64,000 nucleotides of DNA, from the NCBI GenBank assembly GCA_048128005.1, contig JBEUKZ010000137.1, positions 248,001 to 312,000 on the forward strand, in the 5' to 3' direction. The notes below the pieces were generated by a model. It saw nothing but the letters and a program-made list of their open reading frames with translations. It had not been told where the DNA came from and did no database searches. The DNA comes from Veleropilina oligotropha. Lineage: Eukaryota. Below are positions 26,532-40,650 of this stretch, one piece after another. How positions within the stretch are numbered: position 1 is the first letter of the stretch; each line of letters starts with the position of its first letter. The position numbers and the translations under genes are program-made.

Positions 26532-28267
26532 CTGAAAACAGGACAAAAATGGTTTTCTCAGCATAACTAACAATAACATCGATAAGGTAAAGTAAACAGT
26601 CAACAAGTTTCTTTCAAATTAAATGAACACTTCACTTGTGAAAGTCGTCAAGAAATGTTCGATCGCATCATAACATGACTTTGCATAGAAATACTCGAAA
26701 AACGTCAGTTAACGACACATAGATGATTGTATACCCCCGTCTTGCATCTACAGAGTGTGCAAGGTTTTTTCAGTCAACTTTTCACAACTTCTTTTTCAAC
26801 ACGCTGATTATAACTTTCGTGAATATTTCATTACAAGAGTTACTTCAATTTTTAGATGAGTTACGTCCCTTGCACTTTCAGCCAGTCATAACTTAGGTAC
26901 GGAAGCGTGTTAGGGCCACAAATAAATAAATAAAATGTCTAAATTTCAACTTTTATTATTGTGTGACGTTAATACGCTTCCAAAGTTTGGTGTGAAGACT
27001 TATTACGAATGAAAGTACAAATACAATATTAATATCAACCCTTCGGAGGAAAGCGAAACTGTACACGAACATGAAAAAGACGTTCCGTGGCATCCGAATG
27101 TACAAGCAGAGTAAAGCCGAATTACAGAAATTAGAAAGACACACATACAATTCTTACACCAACAACCTAATCAAAATTGACGATGCTGATGATGATAAAC
27201 CTATCAAACAGAAGCGTTTCTGGGCCTGAAAAAGTCACTTCTTAAAGATAACAGCGGAATCTTGTCACTGCATGAAGCACTTGGGCAGACTCTTCAACAC
27301 TCCAAAAGATAAGGCCGACATCCTAAATAATCAATATAAATCCGTCTTCACTCATGAAAGCAGGGACGACGTACCCACCACTTCCGCAGATGAAAGAAGT
27401 AAAGGTCACTATAGCGAAACATATGCATGTGCAAAACCAACCCGAGGGAGGCATCTGGGCCTGACGCTATACCGGGCCGCATCTGGGCCTAACGCTATAC
27501 CAGGCCACATCTGGGTCTGACGCTATACCAGGCCGCATCTGGGCCTGACGCTATACCAGGCCGCATCTGGACCTGACGCTATACCACGCCGCATATCCTA
27601 AAGGAATGTGCAGCAGAAATCTGACCATAATCTACAATGCCTCACTGCAAGAAGAGACAGTTCCTGAAGACTGGCGCCATGTCAATGTCATTGTCATCTT
27701 CAAAAAGGGTTCTCGCCATGATGCTGCCAATTATAGACCCGTCCCCCTGACCAGTCCTTGCTGCAAGCTTCTAGCGCATGTCAAGGTCAGTAACATTTAC
27801 AAACACCTTGATCATCATCATGTCCTCCATGACTGCCAACACGGCTTTCAGGCTCGCAGAAGCTGTGAAACCCAGTTTCTATCATGAGTTGGCGGCTGCC
27901 CTAGACAAGAAGACACAAACGGACATCATCATCCTAGATTTCAGCAAGGCGTTCGACCGAGTCTATCCCTCACCGACGCCTACTGAAAAAGGTCAATCAA
28001 TATGGGATCAGGTCTTTTTATCTGATGGGTCACAGCAGGTCCTAGTGAAGGGTCAATCATCCGAAACGGTACCCGTGGTCAGCAGCGTTTTTCAGGACTC
28101 GGACCGTTACCCTTTCTGATCTTTATAAACGATCTACCAGAGAGCGTCCAATCCAAAACTAAATTGTTTGGGACGATTGTATCATATACCGTCAGATAAA
28201 ATCAACTGCTGATCAACTGCAACTCCAAGAAGACTTGAAATTTCTTGCTGTCTGGGAACAGAAGTGG

Positions 28268-29775
28268 CAGGGGCGTGTCCAGGGGAGGGGGGGGGGGGCA
28301 CATGCGGCACGTGCCGCCTCTTTCAGCCCAAAAGGTGTGTTTGTGCCCCCCCCTCCTTTCCAGAGATCGTACCTCAGAAGTGTTAACATAATTAATTAAC
28401 TAAATTATGTAAGATACAGAACATATGTATTGGCTAGTATACTCAATTATGATTTTAATTATGCACTTAAATTGCTACTTTATTTTGAAGCATTCAAAAA
28501 TATCAGACAGCGCTGCTTCTTATCCCTTAACGATCACACCCACTGGGTCACTTCAAGTTATTCTCTCTATAAATGAAACATTTTGGGATCCTCTGTTAGT
28601 TAGGGTTATGAAAGCAAACAGATATACGGAGCATGTCGTTGTTTCAAATCTGCCAGGCAATCCATAAAGCTTTCATACCCAGCTGAACTGCCACTCAGAA
28701 ATGAATTTTTTGAATAATTTATTTGTTTTACGACCCGTTTTATCAGTTATTCAGTGTTCAATGATCATATCGCAATCAGATCATATCATAAAAATAAAAA
28801 TGTACTCAAGTGTAGTGGTGACAATGGTTCATAAATGATGGGTAAGAAATGTCGCATTTGGACTTTCAGAATGCCGGTGAGAGATTAACCGTTTCACACC
28901 ATTAATTGTCAAAATTATCCTTCACGTGGGTCTCCGTCCTCACGCGGAGGACTGAATAGTGACAAAAAAAACAAATTTTTCTCTTGAAACTTGGTGAAAA
29001 TGGCTGTAAATGTCGATAAATATATCGAGTTTTCACTCTCAGAATGCAGGAGAGGGTGTTTCAAAATTTTCTTCCACGTTGGGCCCCGCCCCCATGCGGA
29101 CAGTTCTTATTATATTCATAGGCGGATCCTGAATTGAATGTTTGGTAATACTTTGTTTGTTTCTTGACCCGTTTTAGCAGTTACACAGTATTCAATCATA
29201 TCGCAATCAGGATATGACCTTTAAGGTCATGTCCGATCAAAAACACAAAAAATTATTCAAAAATAGTGGCGACAATCATTCCTGAGAATGCAGGAGAGGG
29301 GGTTTCACACCATTACTTGTCCAAATTTTTCTTCTAGTGGGCCCCAGCCCCACGCGAAGGACTGAATAGTGACAAAAAACTACAATTTTTTCATGAAACT
29401 TGGTGAAAGTTGTTCATAAATATTTTTTAAATATCCAGTTTTCACTCTTAGAATGCAGGAGAGGGAGTCTCACACAGTTAATTGTCAAAATTTTCTTCCA
29501 CGTGAGGCACCACGGGGATAGTTGATGTGTACTTTGGACCAACGCTTCGGAAAATCATAGATCCCTGGCGTCCCTGATACTATGACCATGCGTTCGAATG
29601 CAATATGTGATAATTTTTCGAAATATTTCAGGAAGGGGTGCATGCAAAATAAATCAGCTTAAAGGACTACTGCTAGCCTGCTTTAGGATGCAATCTGTGA
29701 TAATTTTCGGAAATATTTCAGGAGGGGATGCAAAAATCGTGCCGCCCTTTTCGATAATTCCTGGAGACGCCCCTG
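28268..29775. mobile_element. Non-autonomous TIR element, 5-bp TSD
   Basis: CAGGGGCGTGTCCAGG...CCTGGAGACGCCCCTG; TSD AGTGG; removing it restores LINE codons EQKWGMEF. A related right end occurs at 1-141. Confidence 0.9.
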
Positions 29776-29819
29776 AGTGGGGAATGGAATTTCAACCCCA
29801 GAAATGCAGCGTCCTCCGG

Positions 29820-30130
29820 CTCAGTGGGTTGTTCACAGGACTCTGGTCACAGAGTCTCGAGTTCGCCCCCAAGGCTCGACGATTTCCCTTGGGCAAGGAA
29901 ATAAGCATATATTTGCCTCGGTCCACCCAGCCGATCTGAATGGGTACCTGGTTGGCAGTTATGTAAGTCACGGCGCTACCCGCGTGTAAATGACTGTAAT
30001 GCTCCCAGAGGGAGTTGAGATGGCATATCAAATGGAAAAAGGCCTATAACCAGGGATAATAATGTTCAGCGCATTGAGACACTAGCGTAATAATGCGCTA
30101 TATAAGACCGGAGTATTATTATTATTATTA
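29820..30130 (+). mobile_element. tRNA-derived SINE with (ATT)n tail; second copy at ~44228-44586
   Basis: Degenerate A/B boxes, core CCCTTG..CAAGG...GCCTCGGT.CACCCAGCCGATCTGA.TGGGTACCTGGTTGGCAG and ATT tail shared by both copies. Confidence 0.8.
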
Positions 30131-30866
30131 ACACGGTCAAAGGCGCTCAAGTCATTCACGTACAACCTTAAAGGTATCCCTTTATCCAAAGTTGAGACAG
30201 AAAAATATATGGGGGTTACCTCCAGTTAAATATAGGATGGAAGCAGCATATAAATCGAGTGACAATTAAGAAAGCAAACAGTATGCTAGGATTTCTACGC
30301 CGCAATCTACCAAAATCATCAGAACAAACAAAGACAAGCGCATATACCACTATGGTGCGGTCGAACTTTGAGTACTGTTGCACAATATGGAGCCCCCATC
30401 AACAAGATCAGAAACACCAGATAGAAATGGTACAGCGCAGAGCGGCAATATTTCTCACAAACATATACAGGAACAAAAGCAGCGTCGGACATGCTGGAAC
30501 ATCTCGAGTGGGATACCCTTGAAAGGAGAAGGGACAAGACTCAAGTAGTGCTGTTGTATAAGATCATCAACGACCTGGTAGACGTACCAGCTTCTCCCTA
30601 TATAACACCAGCGTCCTCCAGGACACGAGCAGCGAACACACACAAGCTCCGGCAGTACTCTACACCCACGGGTTATTACAAACACATCTTCTTTCCGAGA
30701 ACCAGCCCACTCTGAAATAGTCTACCAACCACAGTTGCTGATATAAGATTCATTTTCACTAAGTGTATAGGTAAATTTTTATCCCCCGGTCACCATCGGG
30801 GGGATCTTGCGATCGCCCAATCTGTCTGTCTGTCCGTCTGTCTGTCCGTCCGTCTGTAATAGATAT

Positions 30867-33667
30867 TTATTTTCCGTTTCAGGTATACATATATACATTT
30901 GTTTGTACAGATATTTATATAAGAACGGAGGGACGCCGCCTGAGTCAATTTTGACTGTTCCTTGATTGGTGGCGGCGCCCTTTTTACATAAGGAATTTAG
31001 GATAATTTATTATTAAAGTATTACACAAAAAAGAGAGAGTGCAGCATTACGCATACACAAAGGAAGTAATTGTAGATTAGTCAATACTATACTAAAACAT
31101 GAATTACAAAAATAAAAACATAATGATGCAATGAAAGTAATCACAGTACAGAATTACGAATATACAAAGGAAAAAAACAATACAAAAAAATTGTCATTTA
31201 GACAGAGAGGACACATAATGAACACATCAAATATTAATACAGGGGGGGGGGGGGACAAAAACAAACAAACATTGGACAAAAATAAGGGTATTTGTGACTT
31301 ATATTTTGTGCTGGGCATGTTATTCAATAGTTGTTTATTTTAAGTTTTAATATATTTTTCATAAATGGTTTAATTGTGGCAATATGTTTTAATAGAACAG
31401 GTACGTTACTCCACAAAGAAGGCATTCTACATAGAAAACTTTGATTGTATATAAATTTCGTGTGACGTTGTACTATCGGATTGTTTCTGTTTCTCGTATT
31501 ATAGTGATGCATGTCTGAGCTTGTTGAGAATGCGTGCTGAAGCGCTACTGGCAACTTCATATTGAAATGTCTAAATCCCAATTTACAAAGTTCTACTTCT
31601 ATTAAGTCTGCAATTTTTAATATATTTAATTTTTTGAACAATGGGTTACTAGGAGAGTTATATCTCTCGCTGGTGACAAATCTTATACATTTTTTCTGCA
31701 ATATAGCCAATTTTTTTAAATGTATTTTCTTAACATCGGTCCCCAAATATAAAGTCCGTATAATAAATGACAATGAATAAGACTGAAGTATAGTAGTCTC
31801 TTTGTCCATGTAGGTAATAGATTCTTACAGCATCTGAGACTATACATACCTCTAAGTACTTTATTCTGCACATGTTTAGAATGCTCAATCCAGCTAAGTC
31901 TTTCATCGATAATTATTCCTAGAAATTTTGTTGATTTAACTTGAGTGATAATGGCATTGTCAATTTTAATATCATTGTCTAAGCCGTGATTAGGATTAGT
32001 GTTTTGTTTGAAAAGTATGTAATTTGTTTTGCTCAGGTTTAATGATAATTTGTTGCATTTGATCCAGGTGTTCAAAACACCCAGGTCAATTTTTAGATAT
32101 TTATAAAGGGTGTGCAAATTCTGATCGCTTACATAAGCTGTTGTGTCATCAGCGAAACTAATTATTTTTAGATACATTAGACATTTATTTAGATCATTAA
32201 TATAAATTAGGAAGAGAAGGGGTCCCAAAACAGACCCCTGGGGAACACCGTAATCATTTAATATGTAATTTGAGAATATACATGAATTTGAAGTTTCCGT
32301 ATACAGTTTCACTCGCTGCATTCTATTTTCAAGATAGCTATGGAACCATTTCTGAGCAATTCCCCTTATACCATAATGATCTAACTTATTAAGTAAAATT
32401 TTATGATCTATAGAATCAAATGCCTTAGATAAATCAATGAATAACGCTAAAGTAGTCTTATTTTCTTCAAAACCTTTTATTATTTCGCTTACTAGTTCGG
32501 TGATGGCATCTATTGTGCTATGATTTTCTCTAAAGCCATATTGGCTCTGGTAGAGTATATTGTTGTTTTTTAGGAAATTATACAATCTTTTGTAAATTAT
32601 TTTTTCTAAGACCTTTGATACAGTAGGTAGCAATGAAATTGGTCGATAATTATTTAGAAGGTCTTTTCCCTTGCTTTTGTATACAGGTATTACTTCCGCT
32701 AACTTCATATTTTTAGGAAAAATGCCACTTTCTATCGACTGATTGAAGATAGAGACAAGTGGTTCATTAATGGAATTAACAAGTTTCTTTAAAATAATGT
32801 TGTTAATATTATCAAATCCGCTACTAGTTTTGTTTTTTAACTTTAGAATGGTTGATGTAACTTCATTTATGTCAGTAGGGACTAGAAACAAGCTATTCGT
32901 GAGTCTACCGGGCATGAAATCCCTATATGATTTGGAAGGGGTAATAATTTTCGTGGCCAAATTTCTACCTATAGTGGAGAAGTATTCACCGAATTTGTTA
33001 CATACTTCATATGGATTGTATATTTTAATGTTATCGCTGGTGATATAATCAGGCACATATGATTTATTTCGATATTTTCCTATTATATTGTTCACTACTT
33101 TCCATAATTTCCTTGAATCATTTCTAAATTCAGTTATTCTATCGTTATAATAAGTGTATTTTGCGATACGTTTTAATTTATTATACAAGTTTCTATATTT
33201 TACGTATTTCATATACTTGTGGTCAGTTTTATTGCATCCTAGTGCCTTTCGGTATAGGTTGTCACATTTTTTGGAGCTTTTTAATAATCCAGGGGTCATA
33301 AAAGGGTTATGGATGACCTTGTTTTTAGGAATAGTAATGAGTCTTTCAGGGGCTATTTTGTCTATAGAAGTTTGTACAACATCTAAGTATGTATTGTAAG
33401 CACAGTCTACATCGAGGTTTTTTAAATTATTCCAGTTGTAAGATCGTATAGTATCATTTATTTCCTTTATTTTTTCATCGGTGAGTTTCCTGCTTCGTAC
33501 ACTAATTGGGGATTTCGTACTTTTCTTTATATTATATATTATCCCTGGACATGGTAGGTGATCTGATATGTGTGTGGTGAGAATTGCTGATTTATATGTT
33601 TAGGCTAAATTATTTGTAATATAAATGTTGTCAATTAATGTAGCGCTATGATGGGTAATTCTAGTGG
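30867..33667 (-). mobile_element. 5'-truncated CR1/L2-group LINE (Daphne/Crack-like), RT largely intact
   Basis: 527-aa ORF with NYRPISLL, QYGFR, DLSKAFD, GVPQGSVLGPLLFLIYINDL, FADDT; upstream APE remnants TRITHHSATLIDNI and ISDHLP; 3' UTR hairpin; TSD AATAGATAT/AATCGATAT at 30858-30866 and 33668-33676. Confidence 0.92.
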
Positions 33668-33884
33668 AATCGATATCGTTTCCGGAGCATATCTCTTACA
33701 CCGCACGACATAACTTTACGATACTAGTCGGTGAACTGGTGCCTTTTGACAGCTTCGACGTTGACCGGCAATTATTAACAGAGTTACTGCCCTAGTTGTA
33801 AATTTCCTAATGTTATCTCTTCCGGACCGTATCAAATACACCTCTCAACATAACTTTACGATACTTGCAGGGTGTATTAAGATT

Positions 33885-35813
33885 GCTCCACCAACCACAG
33901 TAACTTCACAGTACTCTCAGAAGAAAACAATGTTATTACTGATCAATCTGAAGTCTGCGATATCTTCAACGATCATTTCGTTAATATTGCTAATGATATT
34001 GGTATAAATAATCACGACTTAAATGATATGTCAATGCATCCCAGTATCATTTCAATTTCAGAAAATATAAACTCTAGTAATAGTAACTTCAGTTTCAATC
34101 AGGTAACTGAAGACTTTGTCAACAGCACTATATCCTCAATTGGCTTAAAAAGGCAACCGGGGTTGACGGTATATCGTCAAAACTGTTAAAGCTAGCTAAG
34201 CTTGCGATATCAGCTCCCATTGCCTCTTTGAGTAATAGATCCATTCAAACTCAAGTTTTCCCAGACCACTTGAAACAATCTCAAGTATTACCTATACATA
34301 AGAAAAACGACTCCTTAAGTAAAACGAATTATAGACCCATCAGTATTCTGCCCATTACATCTAAAATATTTGAAAGAGCATTGAATCATCAAATGTCAGA
34401 ATACTTTCATAATATCTTCCATCCCTTTCTATCTGCATTTCGCAAAGGTTTTAGCTGCCAGACTACATTATTACGGGTTATTGAAGACTGGCGCCAGGCC
34501 CTTGACGAACACAAGTTTGCTGCTGCTATATTAAGGGATCTTTCTAAGGAAGTCGCTTTGCAAGGGAGTTCCACAGGGATCCATTCTTGGCCCTTTGCTT
34601 TTCAATGTCTTCATTACTGATATTTTTTATAATATAAAAGATTGCTCATTGTATAATTATGCAGACGATAACACTATATCATATGCACATAGTGATTATA
34701 ATATCATGTTAGAAACCCATGTTTTCCAACAACATGATGCAGGCAAATCCTGACAAATTTCAGACAATTGCTTTTGGTAAAAACACCAGCAGGATATGTA
34801 AATCTATTAAAGTTGCTGATATAGATATAATTTGCTCCAATGAAATAAATTTACTTCGAGTCACTATTGACTTTCAGCTCAAATTCGACAAACATATATC
34901 TACAATATGCCGCAAAGCTTCCCAGCAAGTTAATGTACTAAAACGCATTGGTTCTTATCTTAATCATCAGTGCAAACTACTTATATATCATTCATTCATA
35001 TTGTCGAATCTTAATTACTGCCCTTTGGCATGGCATTTCTGTAGTGAATCGAATGTAAAGAAACTCGAAAAAATACAAGAACGAGCTCTCCGCTTTATAT
35101 ACAACGATCATTCACTCTCTTATCATGATCTGCTGCAGAAGAGTAAATTCCCTTCACTACACGTTAGACGTCTTAAGCAAATGGCTCTGGAAACCTACAA
35201 AATATTTTATAAACAGGGCCCTCAGTACTTAAATAACCTTTTAACTCCTAAAAATAACAATGTTTACTCCTTCAGATACGATAATACCATTATTTTACCA
35301 CGATTCAACACCAGCAGGTACGGCATCAAATCGTGTAGATTTTGGGCAGCTAAACTATGGAATGAGCTTCCTAACTTTTTTCGTTGCTCCTCTAGCTTTG
35401 CCCAATTCAAATCTATCATTAAAGAATGGAATGGGCCCGACTCATGCCGCTGCTCTGCATGCACTTAACTAGTAAATTGTATCTTATTTGTGATATATAT
35501 GCAAAGTAACTACTTTTATGGTTTTATATTACCTTATAGTCTTGTTCAGTCATGCGTTACTTTCTTTTATTTATGTTGTAATTTACTCCATGTGTTGTAT
35601 ATACATTATGACCGATTTTTTACACTATGCATGCTTTTACATCCTTTAATATTAGATGTTTTTATGATTTTTGTAGATTTTAATTTGTACATTGTCTCTC
35701 ATACTCATTTTTTTTCAATATGTAGAAATAGGGTCGCTTCAATAGCTCATGAGCTAGTGTTTTCTATTTTTATACCATGCCGACGTAAAATAAAGCTTAT
35801 TTGATTTTGATTT
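33885..35813 (+). mobile_element. 5'-truncated, frameshifted CR1-like LINE
   Basis: NYRPISILP, SAFRKGFSCQTTL, GVPQGSILGPLLFNVF, YADDNT, LEKIQERALR; AATAAA then (TTTGA)n tail; internal deletion after DLSK. Confidence 0.88.
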
Positions 35814-36995
35814 GTCTGTGAACTGGTGCGTTTTGCCACTTTTTGACGTCGATCGGCGAGTGATTAACAGAGTTCCTGCCCTTGTTGTAAATTCACTAAT
35901 GTCATCTTTTCCGGACCGTATCTCATACTCTCATACACTGCTCAACATAACTTTACAAAACTTGCTGGGTGTATTAAGTAGTTGGTGAACTGGTGTCTTT
36001 TGCGAATTGCAACGCTGTGCGGGGATTAATAACAGAGTTATTGCCCTTGTTGTAAATTTGTTAATGTTATCTTTTCAGGAGGATATCTCATAAACCGATT
36101 GGCATATCTTTATGAAATTTAGTGGGTGTATTCAGTAGTCGGTCAACTGGTGACGTTGTGCTGCGATTAATAACAGAGTTATTGCCCTTTTTGTAAATCC
36201 GCTAATGTTTCCTTTGGAATTAACCATTGCGGGGGTTATTGGTGACGCTATCTTCTTGCTTACACTTCAAAGCAGGGATGTAGTGTTAAAATTAACGTTC
36301 AGTCGGGGGGATACGTCTTCTTCTGATGACTCTTGGGGTTTTTTCACAATCAAACATGCATTCTTGATTTTCAATTGGGGGGGGGGGCGGACCCCCTCTG
36401 GATCCACTTGTGGAATATATGCACGTGATGTAAGAACATGGTCAACTTAATTATAACCTGCATAATTATGCATTACGTTTCTTCAGATTATGCAACCAGA
36501 TTAATAAATTATGCATTAATATGCACTCAAATTAATGAAATTATAATATCACGTTCCTAGGCCTATATAGCGCATTTACACTAAGCTGTCTCAATGGGAA
36601 CCTAGTTATAAATGGCCGATTACCGACCGGAACCATGCACCATTGCCAAAATTAGATGTGCACAATAACAGTGAACATTAGTGTCTTGTCCAAATATTTT
36701 AAACTTATTGTCACAAACTAAATGTCCCGGGTATTTTCCTGGCAGGTATGTGGAGGTATTAGTTACAAATAGCTGCCTGCAGAATTGGCATGATAAAAGT
36801 TAATTATATTGTCAGCTACAAAACTATAAGTGGAATATATAGTGGAATGAGCATAGTCGCCGGGTATATGGTTTTACGCATGCAGTCAGCGGTAATAGAA
36901 TACTGTCGAAACATTTTCTCGTTACCCCCTCCCCCCAAATATTGGTCAGGCCAAAGCCTGACTGGTCTGAACGCTTCCGACGGCCTTATCATAAT

Positions 36996-37166
36996 ATGTA
37001 TGTATGTATACATGTATTGTATGTATGTATGTATGCATGCATGCATGCATGCATGCATGTATGTATGTATGCATGCATGCATGTATGTATGTATGTATGT
37101 ATGTATGTATGTATGTATGTATGTATGTATGTATGTATGTATGTATGTATTGTATGTATGTATGTA
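36996..37166. repeat. Compound (TATG)n/(CATG)n microsatellite
   Basis: Directly visible. Confidence 0.97.
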
Positions 37167-39735
37167 CAGAAAAAGGGCACTTTGCATAACTAATTTAAAT
37201 AAAGGTAATTTTTAGCCATACATTGGTGCGTATGCATGTGTGATTGCTGTGGGGGTTCAGAAGAATTTTCCAAATAGAAATATGAAGAGAGTCTAATTAT
37301 ACTATCAATGGTCCGCGTTAACCTTGTGAAACCCCCTCTCCTTTATTCTGAGAACGCTAATGTGCTATTTCTTACCAACATTTTTGAACCATTTTCACCA
37401 TTCTGTGAAATATTTCAATTTTGATTACACTATGAAATATTTATAACATTTTTGTCACAATAGGGGATATTCTCACAAATCTTACATTTCGGAATAGAAA
37501 ATATTATTGAATTTCAAAACATGTAAACTTAGTTGGGGAGGGGAAGTAGTAAATTGCTTTGTGTCTAGTTATTAAAGGTAGCTTTGATGTACATTGGCAC
37601 GTGTGTATACATGAGGATTGAGGATGTTTTACCAAAGACGTTTTTCAAATATAATGCAGATGTATACATGACAAGGGACTACAGAATTGAGGGGGACAAG
37701 GTGATCAACGTAACTTTGAATGACCCTACGGATGTCGTATACAATCATAGACCCGCGTTGTGAGGCCCTGTTCCCCCCCCCCCCCTGGAAGACATTTTTG
37801 ACCGTGCGAAACAACCTCTCCTGTATTCTGATGAATCAATGTGATATTTCTCAACCACATTTACGGATCATTCCTCCACAGACTCCATACAAGGTAGGCA
37901 TGTAATCGTCTCATGCCAGGTCTGCTGTACAATAATTATACTCCCTAGAATGGTGACAGTCGGTATATATGCCGATATATCTCAAAGGTATTGTATGTGT
38001 GATAAAAACTATGAACACGGATATATACTTTAAGACTTCTGTCTATTGGGGCATCAGTAAAATATTGGCGGCGGTGAAATACCCCCTTATTTTAAAAACA
38101 TCACACACAATTTCATAAAGTGGGCACGATTGATCGAGAACGGATTATGATATAAAATGGTCGGTAAAAATCAATCCTGGAGATGGTGCACATATAAAAA
38201 CTATGAAGTCAGATATATACTTTGAGTCTGTCAAAGGGCACCAATAAAATTAGAGAGGGGGGGGGGGGGGATACCCCTTATTTTATAACAAACTACGAAC
38301 CCGCATATATAATTTGAGTGCAATTAAATCTAAGGGCACTAAAGGGCACCACTAAAAATATTCAAAACTCCAAAAGGGTCTATATTTACAAAAAGGGGCA
38401 AATCATAAATTATTGGGGGGGGGGGCTATAGTAGCCCCCCCCCCGGTCCTGCTACAACTGGTTGAAGTGGTATAATAATAATTGGGTACGACGCTGTAAG
38501 CCGTAAAATATATGGAAGCCCACATGTGCAATTTGCCATGCATCAACTCTCGTGTGTATAAATATCATTATTTTATGGAAAAATAAATGAACCATTTTAA
38601 AAGCGTTAGATAATATTCATTATAACAGCTTTGTTGACAATTGAACTGATATTTCTCTTGAAGATAATTGTAGAAACCCACTAGTTTTGATGTGGTTTGG
38701 ATCGATGCTCAGTTTCTGAGCCGTTCGGGGTCATACCTGAACATATCAGTAATATAACATCTTTGGAAAACAACCCTGATCACCCGGGAACACGACCACA
38801 GATGTCCCCAAAAAATCAAATCATGCACTTAGCCAAGTCGATGTCATATTGCGATCAGTTCATGGCATTTTGGGGCATTACTTTAACAGGCTCCGCCATC
38901 GTTGCAACTCTCGTTGATATTCATGAAATATGTATTCGTTCAAGTAGGTAAACATACATATTAAATGGACACTGGTTCTTTTCTAATTGTGATATCCGAC
39001 AGCCTCATCGTTTGTGTCACAATCCGTTTTGCGCATGGAATAATTTGAATGGCCCCTTGAGGCTAAAGGAAAATATGTTTGTGACATGTACCACCTAGTT
39101 GTATTTAATATTAGTCCCAATGAATCTGATGGCATGTTTTCCTTATTATTTTCATTGCTGTCCGTGGCGAAGATGGTACTTGACTGAAGCTGAAATCGAT
39201 GACAGTGTGAGGATGTGGAGAACGTTTGCATTCCTGATTATTGATCACTTTCTGAATAAAGCGGAGATATCTAAAGTTAACAAGTCCTTCGCCCGGTTCA
39301 TCATTATGTATTAAAAGCACTATCAAATTTTATGCCGTTTAAATATATAGTGTCGCGTCCAGTGATGGCATGTACAAGTTGCGAAAATCGTTTCAAGCTT
39401 CCTCTTTTCTTTGAAGAATATACATGTCCTTGGCAAATGTAACTCTTGGAATCATTAGATATTTTTGTGCATCACAGGTGTGTACGCATGATCCTTTGTA
39501 ACAGCTAGATAGATAATCGAGAAGGCAATGGTTCCTTGGGTGTATCATTTTCATATAAATGCTTGTCGATAGACAAAAATGATTAATACCTTCTTGTCCA
39601 TGGCATTTAGCAGACAGGTGATCCTCCAATAAATATTTCCAGTCCTACCAGTATGTAGTGTCCATATATGGCAGGGTTTTGACTGAAAATGTAAGTTTTC
39701 CTTTCTCCATATATGGACATGATGCTATATTAACC

Positions 39736-40107
39736 CAGGGGCGGATCCAGAGGGGGGGGTGTACAACCCCCCCCCCCCCCAATGGGAGTGTCCTTTTCAT
39801 AGAGCTGATATTTGTTTGTATAATCACTTAATAATCATATTTAATATACAAATGTTGCTTTAATTAAACCGAGTTCTTAATTACAATTTCAGTTGTATCG
39901 TAGTCGGGACGTCGCGGTTTAACGTCTCTATCCGCCACCAGAATGCACCATTCATGTACATTAAAAAAAATCCGATGTTATAGGAGAGAAAAATATGCCT
40001 CCCAACAGTGTAGATAAAGGCCCTGAGAACGCCCCCCCCTACCAAAGCTTCGTGCCCTTATTATATCATGGCACCCCTCCCTTCACAATTTCCTGGATCA
40101 GCCCCTG
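39736..40107. mobile_element. Non-autonomous TIR element, 5-bp TSD
   Basis: CAGGGGCGGATCCAG...CTGGATCAGCCCCTG; TSD TAACC on both sides. Confidence 0.88.
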
Positions 40108-40231
40108 TAACCTATTCAGTCCGCATTACCATGTAACCCACAGTCGCCATTACTTCATACTATATCTAACATCGAGAGTTTATGTGATGTTCGAAGAACA
40201 CCCGATTCCATCACTGAACAGCCATAAAGCT

Positions 40232-40650
40232 CATTGGAACTCATTCGTATCTCTGCCCCTGAACAGCTGAACGCACCATTTGGACTCATTCGTATCTCTA
40301 CCCCTGAACGCACCATTTGGACTCATTCGTATCTCTGCCCCTGAACGCACCATTTGGACTCATTCGTATCTCTGCCCCTGAACGCACCATTGGGACTCAT
40401 TCATATCTCTGCCCCTGAACGGCTGAACGCACCATTTGGACTCATTCGTATCTCTGCCCCTGAACGGCTGAACGCACCATTGGGACTCATGCGTATCTCT
40501 GCCCCTGAACGGCTGAACACACCATTGGGACTCATCCGTATCTCTGCCCCTGAACGGCTGTACGCACCATTGGGACTCATGCGTATCTCTGCCCCTGAAC
40601 GGCTGAATGCACCATTGCGACTCATCCGTATCTCTGCCCCTGAACGCACC
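40232..40650. repeat. Minisatellite of 45-bp (and 37-bp) units, about 10 copies
   Basis: ACTCATTCGTATCTCTGCCCCTGAACGGCTGAACGCACCATTGGG. Confidence 0.95.

Larger units (their letters stand above)
27040..30745 (+). mobile_element. Decayed RTE-X-like LINE (RT region) interrupted by a TIR element and a SINE
   Basis: NYRPVPLTS, HGFQARRSCETQ, LDFSKAFDRV, INDLP, W.MEFQPQKC, KANSMLGFLRRNL, EYCCTIWSPH, IEMVQRRAA, FFPRT motifs spread across frameshifts. Confidence 0.85.
30778..36335 (-). mobile_element. Helentron/pearl-like element hosting both LINEs; same family as 58880-59970 and 63279-64000
   Basis: Reverse complement of the 58880-59970 ends (AAGAGTCATCAGAAGAAGACGTATCCCCC start; AGAC microsatellite + GGGCGATCGCAAG + CCCCC/GGGGG hairpin end) with shared internal units. 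Confidence 0.75.

Noticed and set aside
26532..26606. Hydrophobic N-terminal extension of the 461-aa ORF as a signal peptide
   Set aside because: Non-ATG start; the region reads as a pyrimidine tract and acceptor, i.e. intron.
36790..37215. YVCM/HTYI-repeat ORFs
   Set aside because: Microsatellite translations.
38880..39650. Possible decayed coding relic (hAT-like?) or ATGGCGG-type first exon
   Set aside because: No frame gives a recognisable motif with confidence; a translated homology search is needed.
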